Positions 1 to 11,262 of a DNA stretch of 64,000 bases are shown here, piece after piece. Within the stretch, counting starts at the first letter, position 1. Each line of letters starts with the position of its first letter. Origin of the DNA: Acetobacteraceae bacterium (GTDB lineage: Bacteria > Pseudomonadota > Alphaproteobacteria > Acetobacterales > Acetobacteraceae). Below the pieces are notes generated by a model, which saw only the letters and a list, made by a program, of their open reading frames with translations, ran no database searches and was not told the origin of the DNA. The position numbers and the translations under genes were made by a program. The stretch covers positions 521 to 64,520 of the forward strand of contig DATHNE010000207.1 of assembly GCA_035486355.1 (NCBI GenBank). Direction: 5' to 3'.

Positions 1-72
1 CCTTCATTGTTGGTGACCAGGATCATCGCTATGGTTTCCTCGTGCCGTAACCCCAGCATGCCGAGGGACACC

Positions 73-834
73 ATGACACCGCAAGACTATCAGCTCGACA
101 TTCTGGTGCAGGGCTATCCCGGCAAGTCGGTCTGCCACGGCGGCCTGGGCTGGAGCACGATCGTGCTGCTGCGTGGCGCCGCCCGCGTCGCGCTGGTGGA
201 TTGCGGCACGTTCAGTCACCGCGCGAACCTGCTCGCTGGCCTGCAACGGCATGGGCTCGGTCCGTCCGAGGTGACCGATGTCATCCTGACCCATTCGCAC
301 CACGATCACGCGATCAACTGGGTGCTGTTCGACAAGGCGATGATCTGGCTTGGCGCGGATGAAATCGAATGGGCGGTGAAGGAGCCCTGGGGCCGCACGC
401 CGGTGCCGGAGCTGTACGTGCGCGAGCTGAAGGGATCGCAGCAACTGCGCGTGTTCCGGCATGGCGATACGATCATTCCGGGGATGGTGGCGTACGACGC
501 GCCGGGCCATACGCCCGGCCATATGATCTTCGTGCTGTCCGGCACTGAGCACGACGTGATCTTCACCGGCGACGCCGCCAAAAACCGTGCAGAGCTGCTG
601 ACGCGCAGTGCGGATATGACGTACGACCCGGCGGTGACCAAGGCCTCGATCGACGCGATGTGGGATCTGTGGCGCAGGCGGGCGAACACGCTGCTGGTGC
701 CGGGGCATGACATGCCGATGGTGTTGCAGGAGGGGCAGCCGGTGTTCGTCGGCAAGCGCGAGGCGGCGATCACCTCCTGGTTCGGCGACGATCTGGACAC
801 TATGACGCGGTTTGAACTCGTTGTGGAACGATAG
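73..834 (+). CDS. MBL-fold metallo-hydrolase
   Basis: ORF 7..834. Carries the THSHHDH (HxHxDH) zinc motif plus downstream GHTPGH and PGHD histidines typical of the metallo-beta-lactamase fold. Start placed at ATG 73 behind GAGGGA (63-68); ATG 7 or 58 remain possible. Confidence 0.85.
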   Translation: MTPQDYQLDILVQGYPGKSVCHGGLGWSTIVLLRGAARVALVDCGTFSHRANLLAGLQRHGLGPSEVTDVILTHSHHDHAINWVLFDKAMIWLGADEIEWAVKEPWGRTPVPELYVRELKGSQQLRVFRHGDTIIPGMVAYDAPGHTPGHMIFVLSGTEHDVIFTGDAAKNRAELLTRSADMTYDPAVTKASIDAMWDLWRRRANTLLVPGHDMPMVLQEGQPVFVGKREAAITSWFGDDLDTMTRFELVVER

Positions 835-840
835 TGCCGA

Positions 841-1836
841 ATGTCAAAGCTGCGCGTTGCGATCCGCATTCCAGTCGGCCGTCCGCTGCCTGAGCTCGCC
901 GCCTTCGCGGCGCGCTGTGAGGCTGCGGGTTTCGACGGCGTCGGCATCCACGACCATCCGTCCAGCGGCCGCGACGCCTATCTGGCGCTGGCATTGGCGG
1001 CACAGGCCACGCGGCGCATCCGATTGTTCCCCGCCACGTCCAGCCCGCTGGTGCGCCATCCGCTGGTGCTGGCGTCGCTGGCCCACAGCCTGGACGAGAT
1101 CGCCCCCGGGCGCTGCTGCCTGACCGTCGGCCCCGGCTTCATCTCCACCCGCACCATGGGCAAGCACCGCGCGCGGGTGGACCAGATGCGCCAGGCGATC
1201 CTGGATTTGCGCCAATTACTCACCGGGGACGAAGTCACGTTCGGCCCCGCATCGACCCGTCTGAGGAACAGCAGCGCGACGCCCACACCAGTGTATCTAC
1301 TCGCCGCCGGCCCACGCATGATCGAACTTGCGGGCGAGGTGGCGGATGGTGCCTTCCTGATGGTCGGTCTGCATCCGGGCAGCGTCACAACCGCACGACA
1401 ACACTTGGAAGCAGGCGCCAAACGCGCCGGCCGCTCCCTCGCGAATTTCCCGATCACCTTCATCGTCACCCTCGGCCTGGGTGCGGACGCCGAAGCCGGC
1501 CCGCGTTGGATGCGGAGTTGGTTCGCGCCCGGCCGACCGTTCCTCGCCTATCCCAGCGTCGCCAACATGCACTGGCTGCGCGCCGGCGGCGGCGCGATCG
1601 AGGACAGCCACGATCCCACCGCCCTCACCGAGGCCCACGCCCACGCGCTCGCAGACGCCTTCGGCCTGTTCGGCTCCCCCGCGCGCTGCGCCGACCGCCT
1701 GCTGCGCGCACGCGAGGAAGCCGGCATCAACGACGTCTTCTTCTTCCCGGCGCACGACCTCGCCGGCGGCTACCAAATGCCTGAAGCCGAATTGCTGGCC
1801 TTCGAACGCATCATCCGCCCGCGCCTGGACGGGTAA
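841..1836 (+). CDS. LLM-class (luciferase-like) flavin/F420-dependent oxidoreductase
   Basis: 331-aa ORF starting 6 nt after the upstream stop. N-terminal TIM-barrel pattern (GFDGVGIHDH, LASLAHSLDEIAPGR, GPG) is typical of the bacterial luciferase-like monooxygenase family. Confidence 0.8.
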   Translation: MSKLRVAIRIPVGRPLPELAAFAARCEAAGFDGVGIHDHPSSGRDAYLALALAAQATRRIRLFPATSSPLVRHPLVLASLAHSLDEIAPGRCCLTVGPGFISTRTMGKHRARVDQMRQAILDLRQLLTGDEVTFGPASTRLRNSSATPTPVYLLAAGPRMIELAGEVADGAFLMVGLHPGSVTTARQHLEAGAKRAGRSLANFPITFIVTLGLGADAEAGPRWMRSWFAPGRPFLAYPSVANMHWLRAGGGAIEDSHDPTALTEAHAHALADAFGLFGSPARCADRLLRAREEAGINDVFFFPAHDLAGGYQMPEAELLAFERIIRPRLDG

Positions 1837-1838
1837 CA

Positions 1839-2240
1839 TCAATCCAGCGCGAATTTCGGCAGCGTCACGTCATCCGTCGCGCGCTCGAACACCACATGCA
1901 CCGCCGCGCCCAGCTTCGCCGCATCCGAGCTCCCCACCAGGTTGCTCACCAATAGCGGTCCTTCCGCCAACCGCACCAGGCACACCCGATACGGCAACGC
2001 ATCATTGAGCCCGCCCCAGTACGCCCGATGGAAATCCACCCACGATTCCAGCGTCGCCTTGCCACTCACCGCTTTCCAGCTCTGCGCACTGCTAAGACAC
2101 TTCGGGCACACCGGCGACGGTGGAAACCGCACATCGTGGCAATCATCGCAGGTCTGCACGACCAGCTTTTCCGCATGCGCCGCATCCCAGAACGGCTTGT
2201 TCAGCGCGTCGATCCGCGGCAGTGGCTTATCGTAGCTCAT
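1839..2240 (-). CDS. Zn-ribbon/OB-fold protein (DUF35 family, thiolase partner)
   Basis: Start moved to ATG 2240 (MSYDKPLP) behind a GGAG-type RBS. Has a CDDC...CPKC zinc knuckle followed by an OB-fold-like C-terminus. Lies 11 nt downstream of the SCP-x-type thiolase, the usual pairing. Confidence 0.8.
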   Translation of the reverse strand: MSYDKPLPRIDALNKPFWDAAHAEKLVVQTCDDCHDVRFPPSPVCPKCLSSAQSWKAVSGKATLESWVDFHRAYWGGLNDALPYRVCLVRLAEGPLLVSNLVGSSDAAKLGAAVHVVFERATDDVTLPKFALD

Positions 2241-2251
2241 GGCGCCCTCCC

Positions 2252-3382
2252 TCAACCGCGCGTGTAGATGATCGACCGTGTGCACGGCGTCGACTGCACG
2301 TATTGCACGACCTCGCAATCCGGCACCTGCCGCGCGCCACACTCGCCGCGCAACTGCCGCACCGCTTCCACGTTCAGCGCCCAGCCTTGCATATATGAAT
2401 TCGACAGATGCCCGCCATCCGTGTTGGTCGGCAGCTTGTTGCCCAGCATGAGCGTGCCGCCTTCCACGAACCGCCCGGCCTCACCCCGCGGACAAAACCC
2501 CAGCCCTTCCAGACTGAACAGCACCGTTGGGCTGAAATTGTCATAACACATCAGCGCATCGACATCGTCGTGCGACACCCCCGCCATTGCGTACGCCTGC
2601 GTCCCCGCCTTGCGCACCGCCGGATACCACATATTGATATCGAAATTCGAAATCGCCGACTGAGTGAAACTCTCCTGTGCCCCAAACCCCGAGATCAACA
2701 CCGGCTTCTTGCGAAAATCCTTCGCCCGCTCCGCACTGGTGAGAATCACGCACACCGCACCATCGTTAATCAGACAGTAATCCAGCAGCCGCAGCGGCGC
2801 CACGATGTGCCGCGCCGATTCATGATCCTCAATGGTAATAGGGTTCCGCATCACCGCATCAGGATTCAGGCACGCATGATAACGGATTGCCACCGACACT
2901 TCCCCCAACTGCCGCGTCGTCGTCCCGTACAGCTCCATATGCCGCCGAAACATCAGCGCATGCGCCGCGCCCGGTGACGTCATCCCCCACGGATCCCAGG
3001 TCCCCGGATTCTCATCCCCACCGTAATTCACCCGACGCGACCGCCCGATATTCGCGTACAGCAGCACGACATGCGTCGCATGCCCCGCCTCGATGGCCAT
3101 CGCCGCCTCGATGATCCCCATGCCGGACATCCGTCCGTGCGGCGGCAGCGTCAGGGTCCACCCCGGATCAAGCCCCAGCACCTCGCCCATCCGCGCGTAA
3201 TACGGAATGCGACACACCAGCAGCCCATCGATCTTGCTCTTGTCGATGCCGCTATCCTCGACCGCGTTGCGGAATGCTTGCGCTGCCAGCCCGTACTCAT
3301 CGGTCGCGGGGAAATTGCCATACTTTGTATTGCCGACACCGATAACAGCGATCTTATTCTTCAAACGCGCCAGATCGTTCAT
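2252..3382 (-). CDS. thiolase-like protein (SCP-x / lipid-transfer type)
   Basis: Start moved to ATG 3382 (MNDLARLKNKIAVIGVGNTKYG) with a GGAGGA RBS. Thiolase-fold sequence throughout. ATGA overlap with the stop of the upstream CoA-transferase gene. Confidence 0.85.
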   Translation of the reverse strand: MNDLARLKNKIAVIGVGNTKYGNFPATDEYGLAAQAFRNAVEDSGIDKSKIDGLLVCRIPYYARMGEVLGLDPGWTLTLPPHGRMSGMGIIEAAMAIEAGHATHVVLLYANIGRSRRVNYGGDENPGTWDPWGMTSPGAAHALMFRRHMELYGTTTRQLGEVSVAIRYHACLNPDAVMRNPITIEDHESARHIVAPLRLLDYCLINDGAVCVILTSAERAKDFRKKPVLISGFGAQESFTQSAISNFDINMWYPAVRKAGTQAYAMAGVSHDDVDALMCYDNFSPTVLFSLEGLGFCPRGEAGRFVEGGTLMLGNKLPTNTDGGHLSNSYMQGWALNVEAVRQLRGECGARQVPDCEVVQYVQSTPCTRSIIYTRG

Positions 3383-5976
3383 AGCACACCTTCCTCCGTC
3401 AACCGTTCCACATCCGACGCGCTCATCCCCAGCAGCTCGTTCAGCAGCCACGCATTGTCCTCGCCATAGCACGGCGCACCGCGATCAATTGGTCCACCGA
3501 TATACGCCGGCGTGTGACTGAACTTCATCGGCAGTTCATACACCGGCCAGGTGCCGATCTTTGTCCCCGTCACCTCGGTCAGCCAGTTCAGATGCCGCAA
3601 CTGCGGATCATGATCGCAGCGCTCCTCGGCGTTCTGACACACTCCCGCCGGCACACCCGCGCGCTGCAACCGCATCATCAGCTCATACGCATCCTGTCCG
3701 CGCGCCCACGCCGTCATCATGGAATCTAACGCATCCTGATGTGCCAACCGATCGGCCAGTGTCGCGAACCGCGGATCGTGCGGCCACTCGCGATGTCCGG
3801 CCACCTCGGCCAATGTCCGCCACTCAGCCTCGCTAAAGCACGCGATCGCGATCCAACGATCTTTCCCCGCGCACCGATACGCCCCATGCGGCGCCGCTGG
3901 CTTGTACGGCGAGCGATTGCCGTACCGCCGCCATTCGCGCCCATTCGCCGACCAATCGAGAATCGTCGCACCTGTCAGGAACAATCCGGCCTCGCACTGG
4001 GATGCATCGATCCACTGCCCTAGCCCCGTGCGTTCGCGATGATACACTGCCCCCAGCAACGCCAGCGCGTAGCCATACGCGCCCATCCAGTCCAGGAACG
4101 AATACCCCCACCCAACCGGCATCGCCGGCTCGGGTAGGCCCGACATATCCCCCTGCCCCGCGAACGCCGCGGCCACCGGACCAACCGTGCGCATGCGCCC
4201 ATAGATGCCGTGCGCCCCCATGCCCGCCTGCTGGATATAGATGATATTCGGCCGGATCTTCCGCATCACGTCGTACCCCAGCCCCAGCCGCTGCAGCACG
4301 CCCGGCGAAAACCCCTCCGCGACAATATCGCAGATGCGCACAAGATCCTTCGCAATCTGCAATCCTTTTGGATGACGTATGTTCAACGAGATCCCGCGCT
4401 TGCCGGCGTTCTTGTTGTTGAACTGCCCGCCCATATCCGGGTCTTTCACGCCCGGCAGCGGCCCTGTTGCCGCATCGCGCGCCGCGCGTCCGCCCACCGG
4501 CGCCATCGCCGCCAGCCGCGTGTCGGGATTGTCCTTCCACTCCACCTTGAAACTTTCCGCGCCCATCGCCGCCAGGAAACGCGTGCCACCGGCCGAGGCC
4601 AGGAACCAGGCGAAATCCAGGATCTTCACCCCCTGCAACGGGAACGGCTTGCCATGCCGCGCCGACAGTTCCGGTTTCGCGATGCCGCGTGGCGACGCCG
4701 GCACGCTGGGCCGACGCGCCGGGCTACGCAGCACCGCCTCGGTATCCTCCCCCAGCAGCGGCGCACGCCGCCCCACCTGCCAGCTCGTCGCCGTGCTCAA
4801 CCATTTGCTGGTCGGATAAACAAACTTCCGCCCCAGCTCGGGGTGTTCGATTTCCGCAAAGCTCTTCCGCTTCTGCCAATGCGGATCCAGTGCATTCTCG
4901 TGCGGCTTGCGCAGCGGTGCCCACAGCAGCCCGGCGTCCTGCGCTTCCCGCCACGGCAGGTCGGCATAGGTCCACGCCCGCATGAACCGCTGCACCACGT
5001 CGAGCATATGCGCGCGCGTCTCATCGCCTGCCGCGGACCCCGGCACCTGCCGCGCCTTCAGATCCGCATCCGGCGGCGGCGGTTGCAGATCCGCCTGCAT
5101 CCCATACTTCGTCAGCAGCGGCACCAGATTCTTCAGATCGCGCGCACCCATCCCGTGCGAGATGAACCACCGCCCATCCTTGGTATGGCTGATGCTGGGC
5201 GAGTGGTTTGGTGTCTCCACAGCGTGCCGGTTGGTCAATCGCCACAACGGCACCCGCCGCATCACCCAGTGCATGATGTCGAGCTCGGGATTCTTCGAAA
5301 CCGCCTCATGCACCGCGACCGAGACATCCTGCCCTTGCCCGGTGCGATGCCGATGGATCAACGCGGCAATGATCCCTGTCGCCAACTGCTCGCCGGCGAT
5401 GTGATAGGCATGCCAAACCTGCGGCGCGATCGGCGGCGTGTCGTATTCCAGGTTCGGATCCGGATCATACCCGCAGTTCATCATCACGCCGCCGAGCGCC
5501 AGATGAATCAGATCAGATCCATGAAAATCCTTCCACGGCCCGTCATCGCCGAACGGCGTGATCCGCGCCGTGACCAGCGCCGGATACCGCGCCGCCAGCG
5601 TCGCACGATCCAGCCCCAGCGCCGCATTCAACGCCCCGCACGACGAATCCAGCAGAATGTCGGCGCCTGCCAGCAATCCCAGCAGCCGCTCGCGCGCCGG
5701 CGCCTCGCGCAGATCCAGCACCACGGACTTCTTGTTGCGATTGTAGTTCCAGAAGAACAACGACCTTTCCAGCCCCGGCGCATCCCCCAGGAACGGCCCG
5801 ATCCGCCGCGTGGCATTGCCTTCCGGTGGCTCGATCTTGATCACCTCGGCGCCCAGGCCCGCCATCAGCAGCCCGGCATATTCCGCCCGCTCGTCCGCCA
5901 TCTCGATCACGCGCAACCCGGCCAGCATGCCAGGGCCACGATCGCCGAGCATCTCGCCCAGCCCATCATCCGTCAT
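3379..5976 (-). CDS. tandem-fused family III (CaiB/BaiF/Frc-type) CoA-transferase, two complete modules
   Basis: Start moved to ATG 5976 (MTDDGLGEM) behind GGGGGAGGA. Module 1 begins LAGLRVIEMADERAEYAGLLMAGLGAEVIKIEPPEG. Module 2 begins LQGVKILDFAWFLASAGGTRFLAAMGAESFKVEW. Total 865 aa. Confidence 0.85.
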   Translation of the reverse strand: MTDDGLGEMLGDRGPGMLAGLRVIEMADERAEYAGLLMAGLGAEVIKIEPPEGNATRRIGPFLGDAPGLERSLFFWNYNRNKKSVVLDLREAPARERLLGLLAGADILLDSSCGALNAALGLDRATLAARYPALVTARITPFGDDGPWKDFHGSDLIHLALGGVMMNCGYDPDPNLEYDTPPIAPQVWHAYHIAGEQLATGIIAALIHRHRTGQGQDVSVAVHEAVSKNPELDIMHWVMRRVPLWRLTNRHAVETPNHSPSISHTKDGRWFISHGMGARDLKNLVPLLTKYGMQADLQPPPPDADLKARQVPGSAAGDETRAHMLDVVQRFMRAWTYADLPWREAQDAGLLWAPLRKPHENALDPHWQKRKSFAEIEHPELGRKFVYPTSKWLSTATSWQVGRRAPLLGEDTEAVLRSPARRPSVPASPRGIAKPELSARHGKPFPLQGVKILDFAWFLASAGGTRFLAAMGAESFKVEWKDNPDTRLAAMAPVGGRAARDAATGPLPGVKDPDMGGQFNNKNAGKRGISLNIRHPKGLQIAKDLVRICDIVAEGFSPGVLQRLGLGYDVMRKIRPNIIYIQQAGMGAHGIYGRMRTVGPVAAAFAGQGDMSGLPEPAMPVGWGYSFLDWMGAYGYALALLGAVYHRERTGLGQWIDASQCEAGLFLTGATILDWSANGREWRRYGNRSPYKPAAPHGAYRCAGKDRWIAIACFSEAEWRTLAEVAGHREWPHDPRFATLADRLAHQDALDSMMTAWARGQDAYELMMRLQRAGVPAGVCQNAEERCDHDPQLRHLNWLTEVTGTKIGTWPVYELPMKFSHTPAYIGGPIDRGAPCYGEDNAWLLNELLGMSASDVERLTEEGVL

Positions 5977-5996
5977 TGATTCCTCCCCCGTGTTGG

Positions 5997-6845
5997 TCAC
6001 GGACGCGTTCGTCGTAGCATCTCGCGCAGTGTCGCGTTGAATTCCTCGGGCGCCTCGTATGCCACCCAATGGCCCGCGCCCATCACCATATGGAAATTCA
6101 CATCCGGCCGCAGTTCACGCAGCGCCGCCTCGCGTTCCCGTGCGCGCGGATTGGCCGGCGCATCGAGCTCTCCCCAGATACCATTCAGTGGCGCCTGCAC
6201 CTGCCCCAACGCATTCACCAGCGCGTCCCCGCGCGACAGCATCGGCGTCTTCAACCGCGCGTGCCGCGTGTTCCACTCCTGCACTGCCAGTGCCAGCGCG
6301 TCGATCTTCATCACATCCGCGATCATCAACCGACTGAGATTGACGCGATGCGCCTCGACGCGTTCCTCGCCCATCAGATGCCGCACCTTCAGCAGCTCGA
6401 CGCGCGACCCGCGCGGACCGACACCACTCGATCCGACAATGGTCAGTGAGCGTATGCGTGCGCGATGCAACGCGGCGAGACAGCTCGCCGCGGTACCGCC
6501 GAACGAAAACCCGCCAACATCATACGTGGCATTTGGCCCCAGAATGATATCGACGCCGCGCGCCAGCAGTTCGCCAACACGCTCAGCGGTCTCCGGATAC
6601 GGTAGCGCTGAGTCACCCAGCCCCGGCAGATCCGGCAGCAGCACGCGATAATCGCGCGCCAGGTCGTCGATATTGTGCACCCAGTGCCGCCACGACCCTG
6701 CGCCACCGTGACACAGCACCAACGCGGGACCCTGCCCCCAGGCGTGCCACACCATCGTGCCGTCGTCGCCTGGCGTTTCCACCCGTTGCGCCGCGCGCTC
6801 AAGCCGATCCAGCACCGATGCCGGATCCTCACCGACCAGGTCCAT
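5997..6845 (-). CDS. alpha/beta-fold hydrolase
   Basis: Start moved to ATG 6845 (MDLVGEDP). Has HGGAGSWRHW, the nucleophile elbow GFSFGG and a C-terminal GAGHW histidine. Confidence 0.85.
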   Translation of the reverse strand: MDLVGEDPASVLDRLERAAQRVETPGDDGTMVWHAWGQGPALVLCHGGAGSWRHWVHNIDDLARDYRVLLPDLPGLGDSALPYPETAERVGELLARGVDIILGPNATYDVGGFSFGGTAASCLAALHRARIRSLTIVGSSGVGPRGSRVELLKVRHLMGEERVEAHRVNLSRLMIADVMKIDALALAVQEWNTRHARLKTPMLSRGDALVNALGQVQAPLNGIWGELDAPANPRAREREAALRELRPDVNFHMVMGAGHWVAYEAPEEFNATLREMLRRTRP

Positions 6846-6972
6846 CCGTATCCCTCTTCGTCCCGTTCCATGAGAGTGTGCGCGGCAGCGCAGCAAGCCT
6901 CAAGTCCAGGGGCTTGAGACGCCATCGCACGTGTGATCGAATGACCAGCGCTGCGGAACTTGTTCCTTTTCC

Positions 6973-7752
6973 ATGACGATCGTGTTCATCGGTGACATCC
7001 ATCGCCAATGGTCCAGCGTGACCCGTGGACTGGACGCGCGCGCCACACCGCCCAGCGCTGCCGTGCTGCTGGGGGATATGGAATGTGACCACTCACTGGA
7101 TAACGCCGCCGCGCCGCTGCTTGACCGCGGCATCCCCGTGTTCTGGATCTACGGCAATCACGACAACGATGGCGGGCCGGAGATGTGGGCCAATCTCACC
7201 GATCCCGCGCGCAATTCCCGCACCGCCGCCGGCGCGTTGAACGGCCGCGTGGTTGAGATCGCCGGTCTGCGCATCGCCGGCCTCGGCGGCACGTTTCGTC
7301 CGCGGATCTGGAACCCGCCAGAGCCGCCCCGCGTACGGCACCGCGCTGACCTGCCCGCCAATCTCGCCACAATGGGCGCGCAATGGCGCGACGAACATCG
7401 CGCGGCACTGGTGCACTCACTTGGAGCCACCGCGATCTGGCCGGAGGATTATGATCGACTCGCATCGCAGCCCGCTGACATATTGGTGACACACGAAGCC
7501 CCGAGCAGCCATCCCGTCGGCAATGCCGCACTGGACGCGCTCGCCCGCGCGATGGGCGTGAGCTTAATCATTCATGGCCATCATCATGTGAATTATCGCG
7601 CTGTGGCGCCCGACGGATTGCGCGCGATGGGTGTCGCCGCTGCCTGGGGGCTCACGGAAACCGGCGAAGCTCTCTGGTCAGGCGAGGCGCCGCGTCATCT
7701 GGGCCAGTTACTGCACCGTTGGTCCCTTGAGACAATGCCCCACACCAGCTAA
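6973..7752 (+). CDS. metallophosphoesterase (calcineurin-like)
   Basis: Motifs GDIH, GDME, GNHD, THEAPS and HGHHH appear in canonical order. Confidence 0.85.
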   Translation: MTIVFIGDIHRQWSSVTRGLDARATPPSAAVLLGDMECDHSLDNAAAPLLDRGIPVFWIYGNHDNDGGPEMWANLTDPARNSRTAAGALNGRVVEIAGLRIAGLGGTFRPRIWNPPEPPRVRHRADLPANLATMGAQWRDEHRAALVHSLGATAIWPEDYDRLASQPADILVTHEAPSSHPVGNAALDALARAMGVSLIIHGHHHVNYRAVAPDGLRAMGVAAAWGLTETGEALWSGEAPRHLGQLLHRWSLETMPHTS

Positions 7753-7817
7753 GAGAAACCAATAACAATCGCCGCTCCCGCACTGGGACGGTACGGGGAA
7801 GCGCGGGAACGCCAACA

Positions 7818-8770
7818 GTGGATTGGGATGTCCTGATCGAAAACGTGATGAACGCGCTCGCGGCGGGCGCGATCATCGGTTGCATCTACGGCCTGATGTG
7901 TGTCGGGCTCGGCCTGATTTTTGGCGTCATGAAGGTGATCAATTTCGCCCAGGGCGAGCTGCTGATGCTGGGCATGTATGTCAGCTTGTACCTCGTCGCG
8001 AACTGGGGTGTACTGGCCTTTCTGGGTCCGTATGTCGGCCCGTTCGTTGGCGCGATGTTGGCCGGTCCGGTGGTGTTTGTCGGCGGCATGCTGCTGCATC
8101 GATTCGTGATCGCGCAAGTCTCTGGCCTGCGCACCGCCGGCTCCCTCGACGACGGACATTTCGGTCAGCTCATCGTCACGCTCGGCGTATCACTCATCCT
8201 GCAGAATGGTGGGCTGATGCTGTTCGGCTCCACACCACGCAACGTGCTCACCCCGTTGTCCTCGCGCGCGTTCGAGATCGGGCCGGTGGTTGGCGATGCC
8301 ACGCTGTTCTTGAACAAGGCGCGCCTGATCGCCTGCGCCATCTCTTTGGTGACCGCGGCCGCTTTGTACTGGCTGTTGGAACACACCAAGCTGGGCAAAG
8401 CGTTGCGCGCGGCGGCCGACAATCCGACGGCCGCGACCTACATGGGCATCGACGTGGACCGCGCCTATCGCATCGCCTTCGGCATCGGCAGTGGGGTTAC
8501 TGCGGTTGCCGGCGGGCTGATCGCGACCTACCTCGCCTTCACCCCCTTTGTCGGATTTGATTACGTCATCATCATGTATTCCGGCGTCGTGCTGGGCGGC
8601 ATGGGCAGCATCCTGGGCGCGTTCTGGGGCGGGCTGACGGTCGGCTTCGTGCAGCAATGCTCGGCCTTGATCCTGCCGCCGCAGTTGCAGAACGCGGCGA
8701 TCTTCGTGGTGTTCCTGCTGATCATCATGCTGCGCCCGCAGGGCCTATTCGGCCGCTCGGCAGAACGCGC

Positions 8771-8774
<4 letters not shown>
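7818..8774 (+). CDS. branched-chain amino acid (HAAT family) ABC transporter permease, LivH-like
   Basis: GTG start. Polytopic membrane protein with the LivH-like N-terminus GLGLIFGVMKVINFAQGELLMLG. Confidence 0.9.
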
Positions 8775-10517
<1,743 letters not shown>

Positions 10518-10525
<8 letters not shown>

Positions 10526-11234
10526 GATCAACGCGGTGTCAGTGGACTACGGCGGCCTCCACGCATTGACCCAGGTCTCGTTGACCGTGCGCGAAGGTCA
10601 GTTCGTCACCGTGGTCGGCCCGAACGGCGCCGGCAAATCCACATTGTTCAAGGCGATCAGTGGCGTGGTGCCAACCGTCAACGGCGGCATCCGCTTCAAC
10701 GGCGCCGACCTGCTGGCCCAGCCCGCCGCACGCCGCGCCCATCTGGGCATCGCGCATGTGCCGGAAGGCCGCCAAGTGTTCCGCACGTTGACCGTGCGCG
10801 AAAACCTGGAAATGGGCGCCTACACCGATAGCGGCACGAAACAATGGCGGCACACGCTGGACCGCATCCACACCCTATTCCCCATTCTCGCCGAGCGCGA
10901 GGCTCAGCTCGCAGGCACGCTGTCCGGCGGCGAACAACAGATGCTGGCGATTGGACGCGGCCTGGCCTCGGCGCCGCGTCTGCTGATGCTGGACGAGCCG
11001 TCGATGGGCCTGGCCCCCGCGGTCACCGACACGATCTTCGAACGCATCTCTCAGGTGCATCGCGAGGATGGGCTGACCATTCTCTTGGTGGAACAACGCG
11101 TCGCCGAGGCGCTGGAGCTGTCGGACTACGGCTATGTGCTGGAAGCCGGCCGCGTGGTGCTGGAGGGCGCGTATCAGACCTTGCTTGCCGACGACCGGGT
11201 TCGGCGCTCCTATCTGGGCATCGGCGACGAATAG
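10518..11234 (+). CDS. HAAT ABC transporter ATP-binding protein, LivF-like
   Basis: Walker A GPNGAGKST, signature LSGGEQQML, Walker B LLMLDEPS. Overlaps the upstream gene by 8 nt. Confidence 0.92.
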
Positions 11235-11262
11235 ACCGAAAGGTACAACGGGAGGACACAAC

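Noticed and set aside
4210-5979. 589-aa plus-strand ORF opposite the CoA-transferase gene
   Set aside because: It is an Arg/Pro/His-rich shadow of a gene with two clear family III CoA-transferase modules on the other strand, and it has no recognisable motif.
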